From the NCBI GenBank assembly GCA_951406725.2, contig OX597816.1, positions 58,280,001 to 58,344,000 on the forward strand: 64,000 nt of DNA, given 5' to 3'. Of the stretch, positions 53,559-64,000 are shown in pieces. The position numbers and the translations under genes are program-made. The notes below the pieces were generated by a model. The model was not told the DNA's origin. It did not search any database and worked only from the letters and a program-made list of their open reading frames with translations. Position 1 is the first letter of the stretch, and each line of letters starts with the position of its first letter. The DNA comes from Octopus vulgaris (lineage: Eukaryota).

Positions 53559-54358
53559 CGCGTAAGAGTGTGTGTGTGTGTGTGTGTGTGTGTGCGTAAG
53601 AGTGTGTGTGTGTGTGTGGGAGTGTTGGTGTTTTACGTAAATTGGGACCAGTTCGAAATAGCGCGTTAAAATGATCGGTGCGTCGACCAAAAAAAAACTT
53701 TCTCCCAATTCAAAGTAACAATAAATAACAAGCGAAGACGAGTGTCCGTTACAGTGAAGAAGAAGAAGAAGAAGAAGAAGAAGAAGAAGAAGAAGAAGAA
53801 GAAGAAGAAGAAGAAGAAGACCCAAGGAAACACGTTCGTTTCATCAAACACCCTTCACAAACCAAACTTCTCTTTTTTTTTGTTTCCCCCCCGTTTTTTT
53901 CCTTTTTTATCCTTTCTGTTCACCCTCTTTCTTTTATCTCCCTTGTCCGTCCCCCTTGTAAATTTCTTCTCTATATCGTCGCCATCAGAATCTTCTCTTT
54001 CCTCACATCGTTCATCTGTTTGTAACTTCACTTTTAAGTGTTGCCGCTGTTATATATACATATATACAAACCACAAACACACCGACACACACACATATAT
54101 ATATATGCATACACACATGTACGCACACACGTATATATATATATATATATATAAGGGGAGAGAGAGAGACAGAGAGATGGAGAAACAGACAGATAATTGA
54201 TAATTTTTGTTTTATCAACGGCTCCTGTAATTCTTCCAACGTTCCGTATTCTTTGCTAATAGTCCTACAGGTGTTGTATTTGTTGTCGTCACTGTCACCT
54301 GTTATTTAGTTAGTTGTCGACTCTCCTCCAGGTAGTAGATAGGTAGATAGATAGATAC

Positions 54359-54428
54359 CTGTCCATGTCACTCAGGCAAGCAGCTCAACCGCACAACGTC
54401 TTCTGTCGGCCAGTCCCTGCGTTATATA
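54359..54428 (-). promoter_or_regulatory. Candidate TATA box and short non-coding first exon of the CYP gene
   Basis: TATATAA at 54428-54422 (minus) lies in a repeat-free, CpG-containing island. About 70 nt downstream is a donor-like ACAG|GTATCT at 54359/54358. Confidence 0.3.
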
Positions 54429-54504
54429 GCGCTCATTCCGGGCTAAGCTACACGTGTGTAAAGGAAGGTTTCAGAGACGCGCTCTTGCAACACTTCCAGG
54501 AGTG

Positions 54505-54555
<51 letters not shown>

Positions 54556-54759
54556 CCCCCCTCTCTCTCTCTCTCTCTCTCTTTATCTCTCTCTCTCTCT
54601 CTCTCTCTCCCTCTATTTCTCATATATAACACACACGCACTATGTTCGCTGTGTTGTAGATACACGTTTACGCACACGCGCGCGCACACACGCACACGCA
54701 CACACACACACACACACACACATATGTAATGGGTTATAAGTGCTAGTAAATATTTATGC

Positions 54760-54802
<43 letters not shown>

Positions 54803-54856
54803 TATATACACATACATATATACATGTGTGTGTGTGCGTACGTGTATATGTATATG

Positions 54857-54894
<38 letters not shown>

Positions 54895-54934
54895 GAATGA
54901 GAGCTCGCTATCAGATAAATAATGATATATTCTT

Positions 54935-55827
54935 TTATTCTTTTATTTGTTTCAGTCATTTGACTGCGGCCATGCTGGAGCACCGCCTTTAGTCGAACAA
55001 ATCGATCCCAGGACTTATTCTCTGCAAGCCTAGTACTCATTCTGTCGGTCTGTTTTGCCGAACCGCTAAGTCACGGGGACATAAACACAGCATCATCGGT
55101 TGTCAAGCGATGTTTGGGGAGGGGGAACAAATACAGACACACAAACATATACGTATACATATATACACACATATACATATATATACATATACGACGGGCT
55201 TCTTTCAGTTTCCGTCTACCAAATCCACTCACAAGGCTTTGGTTGGCCCAAGGCTATAGTAGAAGACACTTGCCCACAGTGGGACTGAACCCGGAACCAT
55301 GCGGTTGGTAAGCAATATATATATACATACATATATGTATGTACGTATGTATGTATGTGTGTATGTATGTATGTATGTATGTTGATGTGTTTTGTGGTTC
55401 TATGTACGTATCGGTTTACGCATGTGCGCTCTTATATACGTGTGGATAGACGTAAGCAAGCATGTGCGTGTGTGTGTACGTATGTGTGTGTGTATGTATA
55501 TATGTCTCTGTCATCACCTTATATCGCTAAAACAAAAAACGTCTTAGGAGAGCATGAATGGGAAAATAAGTTCTGCCAGTTTCCTCGAGTGGGGATTTTA
55601 CTCTGAGTGTTCGTAATTACTCGTTGAGTACTAGAGTTTGTTTGTAGTAAAATGCGCGTTGGTGCACACATACTATACGTGCAACTATATACGTGCCTGT
55701 ACGCATGCATGTATGTATGTATTGTATATATATGTGTGTGTATATATGTACGAATGTGTGTGAGTGTTTGTATGCGTCGATGCATAAATATATGTATGTA
55801 TGTATGGAAACTGAATGAAGCCCGTCG

Positions 55828-55862
<35 letters not shown>

Positions 55863-56566
55863 ATGTGTGAGTGTGTGTGTATGTGTGAGTGTGTGTGTAT
55901 TTATGCGTGTGTGCATCTGTGTTTGTCCCTCCACCATCGCTTGACAACCGATGCTGGTGTGTTTACGTCGCCGTAACTTGGCGGTTCGGCAAGATTCACC
56001 GATAGAATAGGTACCAGGCTTACAAAGAATAAGTACTTGGGTAGCTTTGCTGGACTAAAGGCGATGCTCCAGCATGGCCGCAGTCAAATGACTGCAACAG
56101 ATAAAAGAAAACGAAGAAGAATATATATATATATATACATCCCTCTCTCTATCTGTATATATATATATATATATATATACATCCATATAATATATACATG
56201 TATGTATATTGTTACTCGTTTATTCTTTTACTTGTTTCAGCCATTTGACTGCGGCCATGCTGGAGCACCGCCTTTAGTCGAATAAATCAACCCCAGTACT
56301 TATCCTTTGTAAGCCTGGAACTTATTCTATGGGTCTCTTTTGCCGGACCGCCAAGTTACGGGGACGTAAACACACCAACATCGGTTGTCAAGCGATGGTG
56401 GAGGGAGAAGTACAAACACACAAATGCACACACGCGCGCGCGCAGGCGATGGGCTTCTTTCTGTTTCCTTGTACCAAATCCATTCACAAGTCCTTGGTCG
56501 GTTGGGTCGATGCTATAGTAGAAGGCGCCTGCCCAAGGTGCCACGCAGTGGGACTGAACCCGGAAC
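54935..56566. mobile_element. SINE A copies upstream of the CYP: 54935-55313 (-), 55805-56110 (+, 3' part), 56222-56566 (-)
   Basis: Matches to the SINE A copies above. Other copies or halves lie at 4300-4665, 15555-15660, 16405-16782, 42253-42419, 59187-59528 and 60172-60430. Confidence 0.85.
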
Positions 56567-56769
56567 CGTGAGTTTGTGAAGCATACATAGATACATACAC
56601 ACATACGCATATATATATATACACACACTGCTATCGTTTCGGTTTAGGAAGTTGTAATCAGAAGGCTGGCTCTAACGATTGCGAATGATTGTTTTGTCCC
56701 TTTATGTTTTAATTGATTTTTGTCAGCCCTTGTGGCCAATAAACGAACGAATTATTATTATTATTATTA

Positions 56770-56839
<70 letters not shown>

Positions 56840-57046
56840 GGCGGCGAGCTGGCAGAAACGTTAGCACGCCGGGCGAAATGCTGATCAGTATTTCGTCTCT
56901 CTTTATGTTCTGAGTTCAAATTCCACCGAGGTCGACCTTGCCTTTCATTGTTTAGGGGTCGACAAATTAAGTACCAGTTGCGTACTGGTGTCGATCTAAT
57001 CGACTGGCCCCCAGAATGTTGGGCCTTGTGCCTAGAGTAGAAAAGA
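56840..57046 (+). mobile_element. tRNA-derived SINE family B, monomer
   Basis: Head GGCGGCGAGCTGGCAGAAACGTTAGC (A box), GAGTTCAAATTCC (B box), central GCCTTTCAT...GGGGTCGA..AATTAAGTACCAG domain, and tail ...GGCCTTGTGCCTAGAGTAGAAAAG(ATT)n. Embedded in (ATT)n. Further degenerate copies near 7800, 24540-24780, 50390-50820, 51140-51295, 59750-60160 and 60480-60680. Confidence 0.85.
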
Positions 57047-57632
57047 TTATTATTATTTTATTTTAGTTTTGTTTAATCAAAAGACAATTCCCTGTTCGAA
57101 GTTGATTGTGGGGTGAGGGATGGACAGAGGAAGAAAAATGAGATAGGAAGAGGAGGAAAGAAAGATAGGTGAGAGAGGGAGAGAGAGAGAGAGAGAGAGA
57201 GAAAGTGTTTATGTGAGGGAATGAGTTTATAAAGAAGTTAGAAGAAAACGAGCGGAATGAAAAGAAGAAGAGCAAGGAGAAGCGAATGAAAAACAAAGAG
57301 AATGAAAGAAGTTAGAAGAACAAGGAGGGAGAGGAGGAGGAGGAGGAGGAGGAGAAAGATGAAAGAAAAACAAGAATGAAAATGAGGAAAGCGAAGAAGA
57401 AATAGTAGAAGAAATAGCGAAAGAAGAAAAAAAAGTTGTTGAAGAAGTTAAGAAAATGCTTTCTCGTAATTCTTGTCGAAATAGTGGGTAGTTTGGAATG
57501 AATGAATGAAAGAAAGAGAGGAAAGAGAAAAGAAAGAAAAGAAAACAGTTGCCGAGATGAAGAAGACAACAACTGTTCCTGCTGCTGCTGCTGCTACTAC
57601 TACTATCACCACTACCAGCAGCAGTAATAGTT

Positions 57633-57676
<44 letters not shown>

Positions 57677-58076
57677 TGTAGTAGTAGTAGTAATAGTAAT
57701 AGTAATAGTTGTAGTAGTAGTAGTAGTAGTAGCTACTACAAATACTATGAGAAAAATACAGTTCAGAAGTTTATTGTATGGAGGCGGGGTGGGGGATAAA
57801 GAGAGAGAGAGTGAGAGAGAGAGAGAGGTTAGAGGTGAGAGGAAGAATGTCGGAGAGGATAGCGGGGAGAGGAGGAACTTTAAAAAGAGAAAGAGAGAAA
57901 GAGAGAGAGAGAGAGAGAAGGAGAGAGAGTGGTGCGATTAGCGAGTGGTAGGCGGATTTGGTAGCTGTAACTTACGTATGTAGAAGATAAACGCACACAC
58001 GCAACACACACACACACACACACGCACTCATATATCTCCTCTCTCTCTCTATGTATATATGTATGTGTGTGTATAT

Positions 58077-58107
<31 letters not shown>

Positions 58108-58139
58108 CATACACACATACATACACATATATGCTTACG

Positions 58140-58173
<34 letters not shown>

Positions 58174-58191
58174 TTATACACGTATATATAC

Positions 58192-58222
<31 letters not shown>

Positions 58223-59112
58223 AACATAACCATTTATATTACAAATGCATATACAAAGAGAGAGAGAGAGAGGAGTGAGGGAGAGAACGGGTGCCAATGA
58301 AAAGCGGGAGAGAGGGGTGGTGATGGCTGATACACAGAAGAGGATGCGGGGTGAAGGAAGAGGTGGTGGTGGATGTGGAGGAGGAGGAGGAGGAGGCGGA
58401 GCGGCAAAGATGACGAACGCACCTGAAGACACCATCACCGTACCCTGTCGTCGTACGCACGCACGTACGTACGGCTGTTGTTGCAGTGTGTAGTTGTAGC
58501 TGTCGTTGTTGTTGTTGTTGTCATTGTTGTTGTTATTGTTGCTGCTATTGTTGTGACTGAGGTCGGGTGGATGTCGGAGTTATTTTGGCGGGGTGGTGAT
58601 TGTGTAGGCGATGGAGGCGTTGCCATTGGTTTTGGTCGCTTGGGCCGCCTACATACCCGTGCTGGCAAGTACAAAATACAATAAACCGTGGAAGGGGATG
58701 GGGTGTATACACACACACACACACACTCACACGCGCACGCGCATACGCACACGCACACACACACACACACACACATGCATATTTTCACACATACATTTTT
58801 TTTTACGTAGATTGCATTTACACAAATTTACTATACAGTCACACAATTTTACTACACACACGATGTACATTCACCCGCATTGGAAACACACACACACACA
58901 CACGCACGCACACGCACACACACACACACACACGCACACACACACACACGCACACACACATGCCTATATAGTCATATAAGTTACCTCCCGTTCGTACACA
59001 CTTATACACATATGTACACAAACACACAAACACACAAAACGTGAATTTCTGAATTTAAACACGTAAGCTATAAATGTACACACTAATACATACACACAAA
59101 AACACACACGCA

Positions 59113-59180
<68 letters not shown>

Positions 59181-59959
59181 ACATATATTTTCTTTTATTC
59201 TCTTTTTTGAGTGCGGCCATGCTGGAGCACCGCCTTTAGTCGAACAACTCAACCCCAGGACTTATTCTTTGTAAGCCTAGTACTTATTCTATCGTTTTCT
59301 TTTGCTGACCCGTTAAGTTATGGGGACGTAAACACACCAGCATCGGTTGTGAAGCGATGTTAGGGGGACAAATACAGACACACAAACATATGCACACACA
59401 TACATATATATACATATTTACGGCGGGCTTCTTTCAGTTTCCGTCTACCAAATCCTCTCACATGGCTTTGGTCGGCCCGCACTGGGAATGAACCCGGAAC
59501 CATGTGGTTCGTAAGCCACTCCTACGCCTATACTTTCCACACACGCACGCATACACACTTGCACGTATATATATATACAATCAATGGTAGATATATACAT
59601 AAATACATTCACACACACGTATTAACACTCACACATACACGCATACACATTCTCTCATATACGTACATATACATACTCGCATACACAAACACTATAACTT
59701 GCTTCAAAGAAAATTTGAATGTTATAAAATAAGAATCCGTTCCATTAGAGGCAGGCGGCTTGGAATATGAGGGAAGGGGTGAAGTCCATTCCATCGATTC
59801 CCGGTACACAACTGGTACTTATTTCATCGAACCCTAAGGGACGAAAGGCAAAGTCAACCCCGGTTGAACTTGAACTTAGATCGTAAAAGCGGACGAAATG
59901 CCTCTAAGCATTATGTCCGGAGTACTAACGGTTTTGTCAGCTCGCCGCCTTAGTTATAA

Positions 59960-60018
<59 letters not shown>

Positions 60019-60431
60019 TGATGATGATAATGGTGACCCTTTCGACTAAAGGCACAAGGCCTGAAATTTTGGAGGAAGGAGCTAGTCGATTAGATCGACC
60101 CCAGTGCGTAACTGGTACCTATTTCATCGACCCTGAAAGGATGAAAAGCAAAGTTGACAATAATAATAATAATGAAAGAAGCCCGTCGTATATATATATA
60201 TATGTATGTATGTGTGTTTGTGTGTCTGTGTTTGTCCCCTAGCATTGCTTGACAACCGATGCTCGTGTGTTTATGTCCCCGTCACTTAGCGGTTCGGCAA
60301 AAGAGACCGATAGAATGAGTACTGGGCTTACAAAGAATAAGACCCGGGGTCGAGTTGCTCGACTAAAAAGGCGGTGCTCCAGCATGGCCGCAGTCAAATG
60401 ACTGAAACAAGTAAAAGAGTAAAGAGTAAGA

Positions 60432-60472
<41 letters not shown>

Positions 60473-62143
60473 TAATTTACGCACAAGGCCAGCAATTTTG
60501 AGGAGAAGTTCTTTGGTCAATACTACCGACTGTATTATAGCGGTAGTATTCTGTTTTGTCGGTCCCCGAAATGATGAAAGGCAATGTTGACATCGGCAGA
60601 ATTTGAACTTACACCATAAAGAGTCAGAAGAAATGTGGCTAAGCATTTTGTTCGACGCGCTAACGATTCTGTTAGCTCTGTCTACGCGGGCAGCGACGCA
60701 TTTCCTAAGTGTCTTTTCTAAGCTTCTCAGTCCGCCTCTAATCTAATTTTCTCTATCGCTACATGTTTACTAAGTCTTACTGATGCTACTCTAATGGCCC
60801 TTTTCAGGGTGACCCACCATCTATTGTTGACGATTGTCCCTGTCGACACCCGCTTAGCTAATTCACTAATCCAGTCTCTGTACTCTTGATGCGCCGAGAA
60901 AGACTTGTTTGGCTTCCAGTAGCCGAGATCCACCCTATGAAGCCTAGCTAAGTCGACCGCACAGGTCTAAAATTTGCGGTCTTTGTTGCCGACCATTTGA
61001 AATTGTGAAGAACTTATACTGTCCCTGTCAATTGGTCTACAGAAAACTGTTTCTAGATACAATCTGGATGACCCCGATGCGGTTAGCTCATGTCAACATT
61101 GGTTCATTCGGGAGAGCCAGTCGGTACTCGTGAGAAAGTTTAAAATGTCTGGGCAGATTTGCGAAACTTTCGCGACCCAAGCCAGCTCACGGAGCCCTTG
61201 CACGCATCCACGATACCGTTCACTAAAGGGCGGGATTTTCCTAGGAAGGCCTCCAGGCAATTGTTGGGGGCGCAGATGGCTACTCATCTGAAGGTATGGT
61301 CTTCACTGCTGGTGATATCCTGGAAGATGGTCTGTTTCGCGATCATTTTCAAAACAACACAGTAATTCAACTTACCATATTTAGAAGCCTTAGTATTGGG
61401 TATCCTTTGTAGCCACCAAAGATAGTTATAAAGGCTCGTGCCCCGGAAAATCTGGTTTCGTTGATGACTACCACATCTATATCTAATAATCTGAGGTCGT
61501 AGAGCAGGTGACCTTGCTTCCAAGGTTTCCCCAGTCCAAGTGCATTTAAATTACTTCTGAATCAGAACATATTCGACAAGAAGGAGCATAGTGAGAAGCA
61601 CCACATCCTTTATTCTTTCCAGTTAGTTGTGGGTGTATAATTAGTGTGGAATCAGAAGTAGTTCTTTGAATATTATTTTGTTCATGTTCCTCAGAAATCT
61701 CTCATTCCCTCGGAATATCTTGTCTTTAATCTGTTGTATATTTATTGATTGGTTTTTAGAATTTGAGTGTGAGTTAGCTTGTTACGTGATGGTGACATAT
61801 AGTCATTGTATTTAATGTTTGTATGGTTATTTATATAATATATTCCGTTATTTCTTTATTGTTTGTCTCCATGATCGTGTAGTTGATGATGTCTATTTTG
61901 CTTGGTTTACCGATGCTGCTCTGGTTGTCGGTGTGAATGTGAATTTGCTTTTGGTTTTTTTTTTTTGGTGTTGGTGGTGAAAGTGGTGTCTCTGGTGATA
62001 ATGATGGCGGTCACAGTGGAGTTGGCTTTGGAATTACTGAAGGACTTGTTACTTTTAGTTCTCTCTGACAGCTTGTAGTACGGGTGAATTATTTTCCATT
62101 CGCTTCTTATAGGGACAGTTCTTTACTCTTTTTTCTTATCACC

Positions 62144-62269
62144 GTCATCGTATATCTCCGAGAGATCTGAAGTGTGTAACCAGTCATCGTATGATACCTC
62201 CGAGAGATCTGAAGTAGGTTACCTGTCATCGTATGATATCTCTGAGAGATCTGAAGTGGGTTACCTGTC
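62144..62269 (-). repeat. Three ~42-bp tandem repeats inside the LINE ORF1 relic
   Basis: Unit gtcatcgtatgatacctccgagagatctgaagtaggttacct; minus-strand translation gives TSDLSEISYDD-type 14-aa repeats, now with stops. Confidence 0.85.
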
Positions 62270-62994
62270 CTCTGGTGCTATGCTGGCGTTGGGACAGAGG
62301 GTTCTGTTGTTTATATTAATCCTGTTGTTCATGTTACAGTTTTGGTAGGGGTTGTTTGTTTTGATGTAGCTGATGTTCTTCTCACTGATGTTGCTGCTGT
62401 TGTATATGGAACATCTGCTGCTGATGTTGATGTATATGTGACTGTTACTGCCCGCAGTTTGTGGCTGTGGGCACCGTATTTGAAACGTTGGCAAAAGTGA
62501 GGGTCTTGTTGCCTTCTGGTTTCACTACAGGTAGAAAGCCTTCAAGTGCGTCACAGCTCCACACATATTACATTTTGTCTTCCTCTCCTCCACTGTCATA
62601 AACAGAGATCAATCAGGTCAGGTATATCTTCGATATTTTCTAGCTTCGTTTGTAGAAACGGTTCTTCACCTATTACTGGCCAGTTTTGTTCTGATATCTT
62701 GTTAACCTCCTCCATTGTTGAATCCTTCTCCATAATGGCAAAAACAGCACCACCAACCAGGAGATGATTATTTCTAGCGGCACGTTTATAACTTTCACTT
62801 TTGCTAGGCGCTGGTCGCATAGATTGGGATTACGCAGAGCTCTTCATTCCTCAATGTTGTTATAGAATGGAATTTTGTCTCTGCTTCTGTTTGGAAACTA
62901 ATTTTTAATCTTTTCGCCGAACTAAGTGGGTCTTGTGATCCTACACAAGATACTTTTGTATTTGTATGTTCAAGATACTTTTGTATTTTTTAAA

Positions 62995-63293
62995 AATTTT
63001 ATCTAGTTTCAGCTCACGAGCTGTGGCCATGCTGGGGCACCGCCATTTGGTGTTGCTACATAATTTTACTTCATGAATGCTTTTTAGCAATTGACATTTG
63101 GTGCATGAGAGAGTTCGATGCAGCTGCCCTCATCTGCACCTCCTGCCGTGAAGTTGGTTCATCTGGGATACCTGACAAGAAGAGATCCAGTTTCATTTTA
63201 AAGACATCTGCATCCACCCCATGCAGGTCTCTCAGGTTCTTCGGGGCGAAATTGAAGAGCTGTGGGCCTCTGAGGCCCAGGCTATCACAGTAT
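62995..63293 (-). mobile_element. CR1/L2-type LINE 3' end with 25-bp flanking direct repeat
   Basis: YCDSLGLRGPQLFNFAPKNLRDLHGVDADVFKMKLDLFLSGIPDEP...ASNSL; gtatgttcaagatacttttgtattt at 62964-62988 and 63290-63314. Confidence 0.85.
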
Positions 63294-63676
63294 GTTCAAG
63301 ATACTTTTGTATTTGGACCTTGTTTGCACTTTCCCCTCGACATATTTTTGCTCCAATGCAGCGGTTTATAAATGCACATCCTTATGTATTTTTTAACCAG
63401 GTCGGGTGTTTGGTTTAGGCTTATCTTTTGTCTATTTTCCTTCCCGATCTCTCTGGCCAGTTTTAAATCATCTTGGTTTAAGTGGAAGTTCTGGGAACTT
63501 CTTGCTCCACTTGCAAAGGAAATAGGTGGGTGGATTGATAGACAGACAGACAGTTATCTGGATAAATAGAGAGACAGACAGATAGATAGATGGATAGATA
63601 GAGTGTTGGACGGCTGCATGTATGCATATGTGTATATACACACGTATACGTATCTACCTACCGATCTATCTATCTA

Positions 63677-63707
<31 letters not shown>

Positions 63708-64000
63708 GCCTGTCTGTCTGTCTGTCTATCTGTCTGTCTGTCTAACAACTGCTGTCACGTGTGGGACGAGTCGGTTTATCAGCTGAGTCTATCGTCAATA
63801 TTGTCACGCCTCCTTCCTTCAAACGGGAAGGAAGAGCTATTTTCATCATCCTTGTGGCTATGGAGAAAGAATGTATCTGGTGGACGCGTCTGAAAGGATT
63901 GGAGACAAACACTTTCCTCTCTGGTCAATCTCTCATCAACTTCTTCAAGTACCACTTGAAAAGGAAAGTGAGAGTAGAGAGGCAAGTTTTGTCTAGCGAA

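Larger units (their letters stand above)
60690..63520 (-). mobile_element. Degraded Tx1/L1-like LINE (ORF1 zinc-knuckle relic and ORF2 tail), interrupted by a CR1-like insert
   Basis: FMTVEERKTKCNMCGAVTHLK (CCHC knuckle relic, ~62540-62605), low-complexity ORF1-like tracts and stop-riddled protein-like sequence at 60690-61560. The clade assignment is tentative. Confidence 0.45.

Overview
AT-rich, microsatellite-saturated animal genomic DNA. The SINE/LINE repertoire looks like an octopod cephalopod (Octopus); this rests on recognition, not a database search. The only convincing protein-coding segment is a large minus-strand exon (acceptor 52594, ATG 52519, GT donor after 51356) encoding the N-terminus of a mitochondrial-clan-like cytochrome P450 (...PYPLKQLPGPKGWPFLG...HKVQ). 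Its leader is unusually long, Ser/Thr/Asn-rich and encoded by triplet repeats. No further CYP exon was recognised, so 1-51355 is probably one very large intron. That region and the upstream flank are filled with several tRNA-derived SINE families, LINE remnants (RTE, R4/Dong-like, CR1-like, Tx1/L1-like), mariner fossils, MITEs and microsatellites. Notable observations: (1) an intact type I hammerhead ribozyme at 6152-6214 plus degenerate relatives in microsatellite-flanked Penelope-like fragments; (2) a fixed 184-bp SINE-derived unit multimerised with the same junction at four loci; (3) a ~560-bp (TAA)n-associated element; (4) a SINE/LINE shared 3' tail with a covarying stem; (5) several local inverted duplications. 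Most ORFs in the supplied track are microsatellite artefacts.
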